Source: Phoronis australis (Eukaryota; Animalia; Phoronida). Taken from it: a stretch of DNA of 64,000 nucleotides. Of the stretch, positions 38,601 to 52,170 are shown piece by piece (the first letter of the stretch is position 1; each line of letters begins with the position of its first letter). Both the position numbers and the translations under genes were made by a program. The stretch covers positions 385,707 through 449,706 of the forward strand of contig NMRA01000293.1 in assembly GCA_002633005.1 (NCBI GenBank). The letters are read 5' to 3'. Below the pieces are notes generated by a model, which saw nothing but the letters and a program-made list of their open reading frames with translations, did no database searches and had not been told where the DNA came from.

Positions 38601-41600
38601 CCAATCAGGTTTCGCGTGGAGAAATGTATGAATACAAAAGAAGGCCCTTGAGGCTATAAATAGAGATGAGTAATGCAAAATAAACCCTAAGGACTGGTAT
38701 CAAAATAAAGAGACAAATGCCAAAACAATGACGATAAATGCATTTAACAAGTTAAATTTAATTTATTTTTAATTCAGTCAGTAAAATGTTCTTTTTATTG
38801 TAATGTAACTTAATTGAATAATTGAATCTTTGTCTATTGTAATTTATTTAATTTATTTTTTGCTGTAGAGGAACATTCTGTATATTAGCCTTTGGCTAAA
38901 GCATGTTTTTATATCGTATTTTATCCTCTATTAATAAAGTTTATTATTATTATTATTATTATAACCGCTCAACTCTTTCTTTATTCTTAGTGATTGTTAA
39001 CTTGTTGGTGAACAATGTTCTGAAATTGCAGGTGTTGGTTATTGTCAAGAGAGATTTCCCAAGTCTTATGAAGAACATCGAGTCGCATGTTACTGCATTA
39101 GATGGAATGACAGCTGAATGTGTCACTTCTCATATCAACTACCAGAGCATTTGTGATAGGTAATAAACCAAAACTCTGGGCTGGGTTATTTAAAACCCAT
39201 GGGGGTAGTAAAACAGTTATTTTTAACTGCGTTATAACTACCCATGGATGGTCAGTAGTCTGGTAGATAAACGACTAGGTCAGGTTTGTGAGTTCAATTC
39301 CCTATCTTATTCAACTATTGTTCCCAAGTTTTTCTCACAGCTTTCTTCTCAGTAAATGCCCAAAAATTCACTGGAGTTCCTCCCATCAACCACGGTTGCT
39401 CATGAGAGTGAGATCTGAAATCTGGGTTTGAGCTTATATCCCTACTGTTGTCGTAGGTAATCAATCAGTGAACAAAATCGCTCTACATATAGGGGTCACT
39501 TGGCTCAGACTAATCACCCATGCATTCATTACGTCATTAACTAAATAGTTCTCAGTTGAAGTCGCTCATTTTTAAAAGATATGATCATGGCAATTAAAAA
39601 AGTTTTCATAGTCATTTTCTCATTTCTGTTTTATAACGCCAATACAAGAAAATTGCAGGGACTGGTTGTGGGTGGATTAATGCTTCATTGAAAGACAGTT
39701 CTGAACTGATTTTTATTGTAACAGTAATGAGTCTGGCAATTATCTTCCAAGAGTAAATGATTGTGTTGTTTACCGATAAGGCTTGCAAACAAAGCTAGAT
39801 CTTACTGATATTGTGTTTGGCAAATTTGGCAATGCCATTTTCCAGCTGCTCAAGGAAACCATGCAGATATGCAACATACAGCTGGATGATCGTGCTCCAG
39901 GAAATATGCCACAGTCATGCATTTGCCAAGACTGCTGGATACAAATTTTCCTTGTGCCTAGAGCTTATAGTCAAAGAGTGTTATTGTTATTTTTGACTTA
40001 TGTTGGGGCAGTTAATTTATCGCATACCACACTCTGTTATGCACAGATGGTACTTTGTTCAATAAGATGTGCAACATAAACTCCCCCTTTTCCCATTGCA
40101 GTGTCCTAACTGAAGACTTGTTATCTTAGTTTATTGTTTGTGTATTAAAGACTAGACAGGATCAACTGCCTGGTGGTGTACAGTGGCCATATTAGAAGTG
40201 ACTTCCCCTGGGCACAGTTCTCTCTAGTGCTGGACTATGAACACGAGGAACAGTCAGGCTGGCAGGTGATGTGTGAGCGACAGAAGATACGATACATAGC
40301 ATTGCATATAATTGGGGAGGCCAGTTGTGATGTGGGTGAGTTTATGTTGTCTCTTCTAAATGTCTTTGAAGTGTTGCAACTTCTACATCACAAAAATGCA
40401 AAAGTATTGTGCTGAGACACATCTTGAATTTCACACAAAAACATTAATCTAGTCAACATGTATGGTAATGTTGTCTATGGTTTTTATGTTGTTCATCTCT
40501 GTCCGACATCCGTCGTCTTGCATCCGTCTTGTGTCCACAGCTGTTTGTCCTTAACTTCTTCAAAGATCTTTTTGAAATTTGGTGGGTGTGTTCCTATGGA
40601 AGTGACGACGAATGAAGACAACTTTATGACAATATTATTTTTTTTGTTTGCTTTCACAACTACCAAGTCCATTGTTGGATCTTTACGAAAACATGACAAA
40701 TCAAAGAAGTGATGTAATCCGACAATTTTTAAGCAACTCCAGTGAGTTGTGGACTCCCTAGTGGCACTTTTGGTCTTTTGTTGGTTTTTTGTGGTGTCCT
40801 CTTCTATATTTGTTAAACAGCTTGAAGGATCATCATGAAATTTGAGGAACGTTGTTGCTTTTGAGGAGAAAATAGCATGGGTGAGAAACAACATGACCGC
40901 CGGTCCTCTAAGCAGGACCTCTGGGGACGAAATGGGACGCCGCACCAGAAAATGGGACTGACGCACCTAAAAACATGACCGCCCCACCACAAAACAGGAC
41001 CGCCGGGGACTAAAACCGCAATGACTAGCAGGCCTAAGATTTATTACCATTAGGCCTACACAGATCATACAATGGAGCTATATACGTATGCATATGCAGG
41101 TCTTGTGCCGATTAATTCACCGAAATCTTTTGTGTGCAACAGAGGACACTTCGCTTTGTAATATGCGGCGCTTTTGAGTTTTACTCATCACCAGGCTCCC
41201 GGCTGCGGTATGTGACTTATAAACAGTTGAAAGGTCAACATTTAATAAATCTAACACAAAACAACCACGTTGTATGCTTTTGAGCTAAATAATCCACTGC
41301 GTAAGTTTTAGAACAAAATGAAAATCATTTTCTTCAGTTTGACGTTTAAAGTTAGTCAAGTAAAAAAACAGGCGTTCTGGTTCTCGGGTGAAGCATCATC
41401 ATACAACCTGCCTTTGTGTGGCAAAGCTGTATACTAAATATACAGCTTTGCGCCCGTGTGGGTAAAAAACTGAACATGTAAAATCTTCATCTCGTGAATT
41501 TGTGTTATTAACGACACTCTTCCTTGAGTAAACTAAATTATTTCATCGGCGCTCGAGAAAAATTGTCGTTCTGTCGTTATTCTGCGTTCTCTTAAGTTGG

Positions 41601-44600
41601 CTTACATTGGCCGGTTCCTTTTCCCCCCGATTCTTCAGTCAACTGTTCTTCTACGAGGTTGCGTACCTGGCACAACAAATTATCGAAACTGGTTTCATTT
41701 CGTTATAAGTTTTTAGTATTTTAATACCAGCAAACCGAATTTCAGAACAAATCTTGTTGCCGCGAAGTTGTCATCATCTTCCAAAAGATGTCGCACAATT
41801 TTTCTGAGGAAATGGAGCGTGCACATGTCATGAGCGCGACAGACTTATTGTTAATAGTTCATATATTGTTTTTCACTCATACGGTTGCAACCTGCAACTG
41901 GTTAGTGTTGGTTGATGCCTAGATTTTGCATGTGCCTGCGCCGGTCGCGCACTCTACTACATGTTGATGTACCGTAATCGTTCGGGTTAACGCCCTGGGC
42001 GGTTAAATTGGCGAACCCAAAAAATCGGGGGTGGGCGGTTAACCAGACATGGGCGCTTAAACGTGAAATTTCAAGAAATCGGGGGGGGGNNNNNNNNNGT
42101 AAGTTTCACGACGAGGTGACTAGCAGAACTACCCGGGCTGTGGGAAATTTCGGGGATGTAACGGAGCTCAATAACGCTAATCAAGCTTTATTTTAGCGAT
42201 AGTCTTTACACAGCTATCTGACCGGTTACGTCATAACCCGCAGTATCACACAAAGGCCTTAACTACTCAGTCCCCGGTGGTCCTGTTTTGTGGTGGGGCG
42301 GTCATGTTTTTAGGTGCGTCAGTCCTGTTTTGTGGTGGGGTGGTCATGTTTTTAGGAGCGTCAGTCCTGCTTTGGGTGAGTCGGTCCGATTTAGAGGACC
42401 GGCGGTCATGTTTTTTCTCACCCGTGAATAGGCAATATTGATTTTTAGACGGATTGGAATACCACCATGCCCCTATTATGGTAGTTTTAGTTTTTTTACA
42501 CCTGCCTATCTATCAAGGGTCATCCTGCCTATCTATCAAGGGTCATAGTGGAATTTACAGAAAAATGAGATATAGCTGAACATTTCACATAATTACAAAA
42601 AAACTGTTTAATTATCCTGGTGTACGTAATAATCTGTTTTCAGTGGAAAAATGATTATATTTTGTAGACAATGTCTTGCAAAGTGGAGGTTTTCAAATTA
42701 AAGTCATTTGCTCACCTGCAATAATAAGAAACAAAAGACTTCTTCACCTCCTTGAATCCCGGTAAGTTGGCAATGTTTACTGATTACAGTATACTACATA
42801 GCTTCACCACATCCTATGCACTCAATCAGGCTGTTAAACTTTTTCTTCAAATTAAACATTTTGTTAAGGTAACTGTCTGATTGAAGGACCTTTTCAACAA
42901 ATCTCTGTATTTATCCAAATATGTATAAAACTATAGATATATATATATAAGTTTATAATTTCAGAAACTAGAAAGCCTTAGTGTAGAGATTAATTTTTCT
43001 CTTTTTATCAATCCAATTTTGTTTAATATAAATGTTCAAGATGAAATCTCAAAAATGATGTTTCTCAATAATTTCCTTCTTTATGTAACTAAAAGTGTCG
43101 GAGAGCAGCGCATAAATCCTAGTATCTGAAAGTTTCACCCATTTCTGATATATATTCCAAAGTTGGCCAAATTTGGGTATTTTTCTAGAATCTTACATAA
43201 CCTTAACCACAACAAGATTCTTTATACAAGCAATAGCAAGCCATTTTATTTGGTGACAGTCTGACCATTCAATTCACATAATGATTCCAATAGGTATGTG
43301 TTATGTCATCAGCGTGTAAAATATAGCTGGCAAGTCTAAACAGTACCACCATAACGTGCATGAGTGTTAGATTATTGTATGGTGACCATATCTGAATTAC
43401 CGAACTTAAAAATGCTCAACTGTCTATCTTTTAAACCATTTAGATTGTGTAGTTCGTTTCTGCTGTGATGAATTAGTATTTTTTGTTTACTTTATGTTTT
43501 ATTTTATATCATTTTATAAGCTGTTGTTGGAATCATTTGCTGTGGAAGACATTATGTGTCAACGGTTATTTGGGGAATGTTTAAGGAAGAAATGTGTAAA
43601 ATGTGGTTACTATTAAAAATGTATGACTTGTACATGTATTTTAGGTACAACATTGAGGTATGTGAAAGGAACTACAACTTACTGGTGCAGTCCAACCTTA
43701 CTTTCCACGCTGATTTAGAACTGGATGAGCAGACATGTGTCATTATTCAAGAGGAGAATCAGCTGACAGAAAGCTCTGCCCTTGATGGACTCATTGCTCG
43801 AGTGACAGCATTGTGTCTGAAATTTACACTTTGTTGGATTGCGATACTCTCCTCCACGCCAAAGTGAGAAATAAATAAATTAATACATAAAGTGACTATC
43901 TTTTCCATCACAATTAAAACCTATATTATGACAATGAAAATTTTTAAGACATCTAGTTGGAGATATAAAAGAAAAAAATTAAAATGAATACCACATGAAA
44001 CTGTTAACTAACATTTAACAATGTTACACCCCTTATCCTGCTGGTTTCAGCTTGGCTACTTAAATGCGGAAGTTTAATCGAGCCTGACCAAAAATTTTTT
44101 ACTTTGAATTTTATATTCATTGTTAATCAAATACCAGGCATTCCATTACCATTGTCTCTTTCACAATTTAACTTTGACCACAAAATTACCTCAGATTGAT
44201 GGTTGTGTTCTCTTCCTTACCAAAGTGAGTAATGATAGGCATTTGTTTCCCCATACTTTAACCATAATACAGTCACAATTGTAGCAGTATTACTCCTTTT
44301 GATATTGGATTGGGTGCATGCAGCTTACTTCCAAAACTTGCCAATCAACAGCCATATTGGTTGCTGTACTTAAATATGGAGACTTAGACAAGTCAACTTA
44401 CTGAGTTAAGTCTTTGTTTAAAAGCAACTATACAATTTATCGTTAGTCCCGCAAGTCACTACTTGGTATGGAATGACTGAACAGTAAAAACTGTCAATTT
44501 CTTAAGTTGTTTTTTTTGACATCTAATTGCACTGAGAATGGGTGTAATTAAGCAACATGACTTTTACCCTGACTAATATGTTATTTAAGTCATCAGGTTT

Positions 44601-47600
44601 GTAAAATCCAGTTATTTGTAACTCATGTCTTTCTTATACGTAGACTGGCTGTTAACCTCTGTAAGCTGTATGGGGTGTGTGCAAACTTCTCACCAAAGCT
44701 TGATGACTATCAAGTGAAGGTAACTGCTGCCTTCACATTTTATTGACTGCAGTTTTCTTAAAGCTGACAGATACTTAAAAGCTAACATGTTTGATGACAG
44801 GTGTCTTACAAGTCATGGTAGGAATCAATGTATTCTTTAAGTTATTTTTGTAGAAGTATTTGACAAAATTGAAATTACATTTTGTGGTCTTTCAAAGTGA
44901 AGAAATATCAAATTCTTTTCATCATTTTGAAAAGATGTTCATGCATCTAAACGGCAATTATTGTATTAAAGAAAAACATTTTGACATATTCTAGTATTGT
45001 TTTTGTTTCTGAAATTTTAACAAGCAGTCTGTTCCAGCTATATTTGATAGCTGTAACTGAAAACTTTTAGCTGCGACAGATCACGACTGCTAACTGCCTT
45101 CTCAGTGGCTATTACAACTGGCTTATCCTGTCTCGTTCCTTTCTCAGATAGTATTCTGCAGCTCTATAGAAGACCTGGCCCATATAGTCAGATGTGCTGC
45201 CGATTATGCTATGGAGAACTCTCAGAGATTGTCCTCTGGAAAATGGCTGCAGAGGGAATACCTTGCCTCAAATATGACTGTGGTGAGTTTCTGTCAAGCA
45301 GTCTCAATGTGTTGTTCTCCATAACACATCGAATATCTTTTTTTCGAAAAGTCACTGTTATACAGTATGTTATTTTTAGAAAGTAAACACATTTGGGGTA
45401 TTTAACCTCAGTCAAACAAATAGGTACAAAGAAGCAGGTACCTGGTAAATAATAATTTTTCTACAGCGACCTAATACTCTGTTAAAAAACAGTGATAATC
45501 TATATTTGTATATTATTTATAGTGTGTGATTACGTCTTGTGTATCTGTTCTTAATGAAACTTGCTGTATACTGTTCTACTGACCTATGTTCTCCGGGTAT
45601 GATAATAATTAACTATATAGACTTCAACTAATAAAGTTGCCTCTGTTTCAGAATTTTAATAAATTTCTCAATATAAATCCCCAACTCATAGGCTATTGTT
45701 TGGAACTGAAATAATTAAAACTCGAACTTTATTTTAGCATGAAAAATGCCTTTTAACTTTTCCCACATTGAACTCATTTACGTAAGTGTAAACTCATTTG
45801 GCTTTTGTTTTGTGTATAACCTCTTTCCCTCACTCAGTGGTTTTAAAGAGGCAAAAAATAACTTTCGATTTAGGCCACTTACCCTATGTCCCCACAGTTT
45901 GTTGTTGCTTGAGACCAGATTCTAAAATAACTAACTGACATTTTTTCCAAGCCCACAATCCACTTGTCATCGAGTGAGGAACAAGTTGACCAATCAGGGT
46001 GAAGGATATAATCTTTGTACACAAAATGCAACTTGAAAATTGACCAGTATTGCATGGCACACTTCAAGTGTAATAACTTATGATCTGCACTCGAATAATG
46101 CAGCATGATTGGTTAAAGTTGAATCTGAGTTCTGAGATTAGATCCTGGACCCAGGTTTACTGTCGTAAGTGGTCTAAATCAAAAATTGGGTTTATGGCTG
46201 CCTTAACTAACATTTGTTTATATTGACATTCATTTTGTCGCATTCCCATTGGAGAAACTCCAGTCTATCGCTAGTACTCCACTTACCTTTCCCAGCAACT
46301 GGCAACATTGCAGTTACCATTATCTCTAGATGAAACACCAGATGCTGTATTTGAACCATACTCTTGAACTAATGGATTCCTGATAAAAAACCTATCTTGA
46401 TGTAGGTAATTGGAAATGAAAAACTCAGGAATCGGACAAAATGTCTCATTGAGTCTTGTGATTTATGTCGCGACCTCTAATGATTACTCCAGCAGAAGTG
46501 GAGTTAACATTTCCCACTGCAGTGGAGTTCTGCAATTTTGCCCTTTAATCCACCTTTTTGAGAGGAGTTGCCATGTCTATTAAGTCCGAAAGTTATGCTT
46601 TCTCATAGAGCAGAACTCTTCAAAACAGGAGTTGTAGTGTTGGTGGGAAAGCGACATTAGAAATTAATATGAGCAACGCAACTGCATTGCAGAGTTTCTG
46701 TTATTAAATACACTACTTTAATGTTTCTCTTTGTCTTTAGGTAATTTTCATAATTTAATATTTGATTCAACATTTGTATTGATTCGCTAGTATTTGATTA
46801 GCAGCCATGACTTACTAAATATTAACTGCATTCCAAGTAACACGTCAATTTCTGACAATATGTTGAACTCCACAATTTAGCAAACCTGGTGTAAGGCACT
46901 TCCAAGCTTGCTGCTAATATTTATACATTGGTTTTACAGGTTCATAATACTTAATCTAGTTGTGGTTGTTACTATTCAGAGTTTTGGAACTACTTAAAAG
47001 GGACATCTTCTAGAAACGTGCTACAATGTACTTCATTCATGCTGGTAGAGACAGTGTTTGCTGACCACCTGTGGTGTTTAACTCTTCACAATAGAGTTGA
47101 TGCTTCTTGTTTCTCGCTTGTCTCATTAGGAGTCAGCTGATGTTGGAACACAACACTTTGGAAGCCTTGATGACCATGTCTTTACAGGAGTTAGTAGATA
47201 AGTTTCCATGGATACCGAATAAGGTTCTAAAGGTTTGTTTTTGCATTAATTTTCACTGGACTTAAGTATATGATTATGCGGTTATAGATCATCACATTGA
47301 TATGGTATAAGTAAGAATAAGTCTTCTTACACATTGAGGTTTGCTTCAGTTTAGAACAAAGAATGCATGAACAATCATGAATCAGTCGAAATATATTGAA
47401 AAACAGGAACAATATCCTAAGTCTCTCATGGCGCAACACCAGCAATTAAAATTAAACTATAATTTCTTTCAAATTCTGTTACTTTTGAAAAAAGTAGTAA
47501 AGTTGTGATTGTTCTTTTTGTATTTTTAGGATCCAACAAAAATCACATCAGTTCTATGAGTTACTGATGTGAGCTAAACTCAAAAATTTTGCTTGATGTT

Positions 47601-50600
47601 AGAATTAACGGTTTAATCAATTTCAACTGTTAAATGTGTGCATATTTAAATATTCTGTGCAGGGTCTCTACAATTCCGCTCACCAACAGACTGGTCTTAA
47701 TCTCAGAACTTCAAGAGAAAAAGTCATCCATACGCCACAAGTTCCTTTTAGGTACTGTGAATATTAATATATAATTCATCTTACTAGTAAAACAAATATA
47801 TTGAAACAGAATTGATAGGCGCAAAACTAGTCACATAGTAATTCTGAAAAGAAGCAATTGAAATTTGAATCATTCGCTTAGAATGCTAGTTGTCATTAAA
47901 GGCATTTTCGAAACGAAGTGAATAAGAGATGAGTCTTGAGGTAATTAAGGTTCCAGTCATGACAATTACCAACTAAAGCTTGTCAAGAATGCCAATAAAT
48001 CAAAATGCCTGACCCTGTACATCTCTACTGAGCTACATGTGCTGAGATCAAAGACTTATTCAAAAGACCAAATCCTACATACATTTACAATAAAGACTTG
48101 TAAGTCATGTGTACATTCTGATACGATATCTCCATAATGCATCTTTTACAGGGAATCTAGTACACGCAGATCACCTATGACTTGTGATGCATCACAGTTG
48201 AGCAATGTTTCCAACCACAGAGACAACCTTCCTGTTGACAACGAAGAAAGTGATAGATGTCCCAGATACCATAAAGTGCCTAAACAGAGTGCCGCGGAAG
48301 ATTCTGTTCAGCAGTATGAATACTTGCCTGATGTAGGGCACGACGCCATGTCTGCATCACAAGATTTGCCATATCTTAGCCAACCACTCACCAATGAGTT
48401 TGAACGAGCCATGTTACAGAACCAAACAGAACCATACTTGTGTAGCAGTGAAGAAGAGATAGGGGCAGTGTTAAAAGAAGAGCATGACTTTGACATTATT
48501 GGTATAGAAGATAAACCCAGAAGTGAGAATAATGTGCTTCATTTGCATAACAGAGTTCTTGAAGGCTGTGAAGAGTCGAGGCCTCATAGAGAAGCATGGC
48601 CGAGTCCCTTCAATAACCAGTCTTCAACTTCATCTCGCACTAACCATGGAGTGGATACATTTAACATAAGGATGAAAGGATATGGTCAAGAGAACATTAA
48701 GTACCGTAGGGTAGAGGTTGATTGCACAAATGCTAACAACCAGTGTCCAACGTTAGCAAAGGGGAGTGATCTGTATATAGAGAATGACAGAAATCGTCTA
48801 AGTGCATGGTCAAAACTGGACTGTGACTATAGCAGAGGTCAGAGTTCAACAGCCACCAGGAGACTGGTTCCAGGCAGAGGAGGACGGATTAATTCCCAAT
48901 TGTACACCGACCACATGGAAAATGATGGCAGTCGACTCAGTGTTAAGTTATTTAATTACATGGACAATAAATCATATACTGCTTGTCAACTAAGTCTAAC
49001 CACATTGAGGAGTGATTAAGAGTAGATCATGCAACTGTTAAACAGAACTTTGTTTTGTTGCTTGCTTTGAACTTTTCAGTTATTTTCCACAATATTTTTT
49101 GTTTGCAGGCTACTTCACTAGCTCACAGATTCCAGCTTCTTGTTTGGCAAACTGGAGTAACAAGCCAAGGCCTTTAAGTAATGCAACGGTAACGCCACCT
49201 AATGCTAAAATAGGCTTTGCCCAACGTTTTGTGAGGAATCAAACTGAAAGTCAGGTGCAAGGTGAGGTTTTCATGGGCATATTTGGGTCCTTTGCACTCA
49301 ATTAAAAATGCCGTTTTAAAGTCTTAATGTATGTAATATAGGTGAACAGTTCTAACATGCAAAATGTCAGGATTTCAATTTTTTAACAACCTAGGAATTG
49401 GAAATCACTGCTATGTATCTCCAAAATCTTTTAAAATTTCCTGAAAAAGTTGATGGATTATGGAAGTTGCATCTGGAGAACAAATTTAATTTTTCAAAAT
49501 ACTCTTTTAAGGAAGTGGAATGGAGAGGGGTGGCCATAAAGTGTATTATTTAATAATTATATGCTTTAATGTGTTAAGGTCAGTAATAATTATATGCTTT
49601 AATGTGTTAAGGTCAGTAATAATTATATGCTTTAATATGTTAAGGTCAGTAATAATTATAGACGGTCCCTTTCTGTTAACATTCCTTTCACAGCTAATAA
49701 TTTTTTTCCATATACATATATATCAGCAGACTACGATAACCATCTGTCTCCAACTACGGACCTTTCACCTGGAAGATCAACACCTGCCCAGCCAGAGTAT
49801 TCTCTGTTGTCACTGGTATGAAACGCATTATACAAAATGTGGGTGTTTGAAAAACTCAAGTCCAGTTTCTGGTATTCGCTGTCATAACCGGTATCCCAAA
49901 TGACGTTGAAGGTCAGTTTATGAACAGAACAACTAAGAGTAACGTGACTGTTCAAGCATTTCATAAGGTTATGTAGAACCTTAGGAAAATGTCAAAGTTT
50001 GACTAATTTCTGAACGTCACAGCCCAGAAATGACTGATTGGATTTGTAATAAAACTTTCACATATCATGCTTTATCCACTGCTCCTCAGGACGCTGTTAG
50101 GAATTGTATTTTGCAAAAAATCAAAACTATGATTTGTGATTTTCATGAAATACTCAGTTTCACAAAATGAAAACGAAATGTTTGAAAAAACTGTAACAGC
50201 ATTTTTGATATCTCAAATGAAACATTTTTTATCTCGTAATACACTTTGATTATGATACCGATACTGTCATTTTCCTGTCAATGTACCTATTTTGCTAAAT
50301 TTTACTAAAAGGTATGATCATGTGACCCAATTACTGGCAGAATAATACAGACCTTCAACTTTGATAATATATAGTACTTTTACTGAGTAAAAACCCAGTT
50401 TTTTTAGATATTTGCCTAAAAGGCACTTGTCAATAAGGTCTTACAAAACCTTAATTCATGGGTGTTCAGAGATTCTTTAGGATGTTTGCTAAGAATCAGA
50501 ATTTTTGTTGTATCACAAAAACAAACTTGCCTTGAAAATTGTGCTTTAGTTTGTCTGTAAACTAAAATTCTTCACGAGTCAAATTTCATTTATTAACACG

Positions 50601-51403
50601 CGAGTGTACCATTGGAATCCAAACTGAATGCTATTTTCAGAGCAGAAGAGAACGTGATCAGTGTGTGCCGTCCATAAAGCAGAATGTTTGTCAAGGTTGG
50701 ATATTTTTGCCATTGCAGCAATACTAGCATTAGTTGGACTAGCATCAGTTAGGTCTTCCTCAACCCAGGCATAATGTTGCAATAAGATTGTTCTAGTATG
50801 TCTTTTCGGCCCTTCAGATCAGTTGAATTTTGCCTTGCTCTGACAAAAAATTTTGATCCAATTACATCCGACTTATTCAAGTTTCCAGTGTGCTGTTAAA
50901 ACAGTACGTGACTATGGGTAAATTTAAAGATCATTCAATGAACGATTTTAGCAAACCTGTTTTACCACCTTTGGAGGCAAAGTCAAGATTTTACTTTCTG
51001 ACATAGTGTCTAAAGCTCTTATATCGTGGCCATATTCAACTACGGTATGCTATATGTTTTGAGTCTTTCAATAATCAATGTCACATTGAAATTTGGCAGT
51101 TAAGGGTTTTACGGGTTGTCCTATGCACTTTCTCGTTACATAATTTTTAGTAGTAAGTGTAAATACCAATCATTTGAAAAAAATTTGAAGTTTTGTAACA
51201 CCATTACTTTGTTGTGACGCAACTGTCATGAATTTCATTGTGATACTCAATCTGACCTGTCATTGCACTTTTTAGAGGACTCCTTACACCTGTTCCCAGA
51301 AAACAAAGTGACACTGACTGCTAACTCTTCAAAAAGACGGAGGCTCGTGTATGAGCTCAAGCCAGGAGAAAAGGGTGGACAGACTAGACTGGCTTTTGTG
51401 TGA
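23673..51403 (+). CDS. SHOC1: Shortage in chiasmata 1 ortholog (C9orf84/Zip2-like, XPF-like meiotic crossover factor), >25 exons
   Basis: In-phase exons match SHOC1 motifs along its length: MR|LVKMPRFLAKDYLSE (23673-23677, 24317-24362), ..HPWTR (24545-24671), VVVLSSNP (~27122), DTCRFLLKQQEK (~35390-35565), HPKL (~37696), SDFPWAQFSLVLDYE (~40157), LLHLLESR|YNIEVCER..LDEQTCVII..LIARVTALCLKFTLCWI (42668-42761, 43645-43863), HhH region HEKCLLTFPTLNSF|TSQLML..FPWIPNKVLK (45738-45781, 47130-47232), and terminal KRRRLVYELKPGEKGGQTRLAFV* (stop 51403; human [23 protein letters not shown]). Some internal exon boundaries are not resolved. Confidence 0.9.
26135..26543. mobile_element. MITE with ~30-bp TIR in a SHOC1 intron
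   Basis: TGTGCGTGAACTTGGAATCCTGTTTAATCT and AGATTAAGCAGGATTCCAAGTTCATGCACA, with an internal repeated GTGAACTTG motif. Confidence 0.7.
30924..37450 (+). repeat. Two diverged copies (~30924-31046 and ~37335-37450) of a dispersed repeat in SHOC1 introns
   Basis: Shared attattttg(t/c)tcaaggtc(g/a)gagc...catcc(c/a)aaattcaagaatt(g/a)ca(g/a)ttaa...gatg(c/t)tgcaca. Confidence 0.6.
35584..36094. mobile_element. Non-autonomous hAT-like DNA transposon with a 6-bp TSD
   Basis: Perfect 13-bp TIR CAGGGCTTGGAAT / ATTCCAAGCCCTG flanked by AATATA on both sides (35578-35583, 36095-36100). CpG-rich relative to the host intron. Confidence 0.85.
39250..39480 (+). mobile_element. Possible degenerate tRNA-derived SINE
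   Basis: A-box-like tagtctggtaga, B-box-like gagttcaattccc and a downstream ggagttcctccc motif; heavily decayed. Confidence 0.3.
40876..42426. mobile_element. Transib-like non-autonomous DNA transposon (CAC..GTG ends, 5-bp TSD)
   Basis: 36-bp TIR CA(T/C)GGGTGAGAAA(C/A)AACATGACCGCCGGTCCTCTAA with 2 mismatches, TSD AATAG (40871-40875, 42427-42431), and subterminal 21/42-bp repeats inverted between the two ends. Confidence 0.8.
41971..42089. mobile_element. Probable pogo/Tc2-like MITE end nested in the Transib-like element, running into the gap
   Basis: TA|CCGTA terminus followed by repeated GGGCGGTTAA/GGGCGCTTAA motifs; the other end is not seen. Confidence 0.4.
45871..46176. mobile_element. 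Possible Academ-like MITE (TAG..CTA ends)
   Basis: TAGGCCACTTAC and GTAAGTGGTCTA inverted termini; TSD unclear. Confidence 0.4.
49551..49660. repeat. 33-bp tandem repeat, ~3.3 copies
   Basis: Unit taataattatatgctttaatgtgttaaggtcag. Confidence 0.9.
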
Positions 51404-52170
51404 TCAAACCAACTGCAGAGCAATTGACTGGTATGAAAGGAATGGTGTTAGTCAGGATATATCAAAACACTTAAAATTCTTAGTTATTTTATTGTCTCAA
51501 TGCATCTAGCACAGTCATGATTACCAAGAAAAAGTCATTCACCTCAATTCAAATTGGTTTAAAAGACATTGACTAGTGGTTACGTTGTCCTGTTATTTAA
51601 TTATCCCATAATCTATTCTTAGTGCTACTCTCAATGTGATAATTACAGCTGCAAGGAGTGGCACGCTGGATACAGTAAAACTTGCATGTCTCGGATCCAA
51701 TGGGACTGAGAGATTCAGTCCAAGTGAGGTGAAATTATTTGACCCAGTTTGTGCACACTGTTGTGTTCACTGGTCACACCTTGATCATTTTCAAGTTGCA
51801 GATTAGTTAAATTACCCTTGCTTAATAAATACACATTTGTTTTTGTTTATTTCGTATCAATTTTCTCAAATAGCGACATCGTCACATTTGAGTGGTTTTT
51901 TGTGTGTAATATGCCAGGCAACTGAAAAAGTAACAGTTTGCCCAAACCTACTGTACAGTAGATTTAATGAAAGCGGAGGCCGTTCAAAAGTAAAAAATAG
52001 TTCAAAACCAAATTGGCATTGCAATAAATTCCCTTGCAGTTAACATACTGTCTTCGAGAGAAAATAATGTAGATCATGGGAAGGAAATCATTTACATTCA
52101 CATACTTTATGATGTGCAGCTTATGCAGGTCAAAAGTTCAACACATCTGAGATATTGTAAATGTAGCTCA

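Noticed and set aside
42270-42420. Regularly spaced repeats here (and 33-bp repeats at 49551) as CRISPR-like arrays
   Set aside because: There are no unique spacers and the context is a eukaryotic intron; they are transposon subterminal or tandem repeats.
48177-49019. 280-aa ORF as an independent gene
   Set aside because: It follows a splice acceptor (~48151), lies between the SHOC1 HhH exons and the terminal exon, and reads as the disordered SHOC1 tail.
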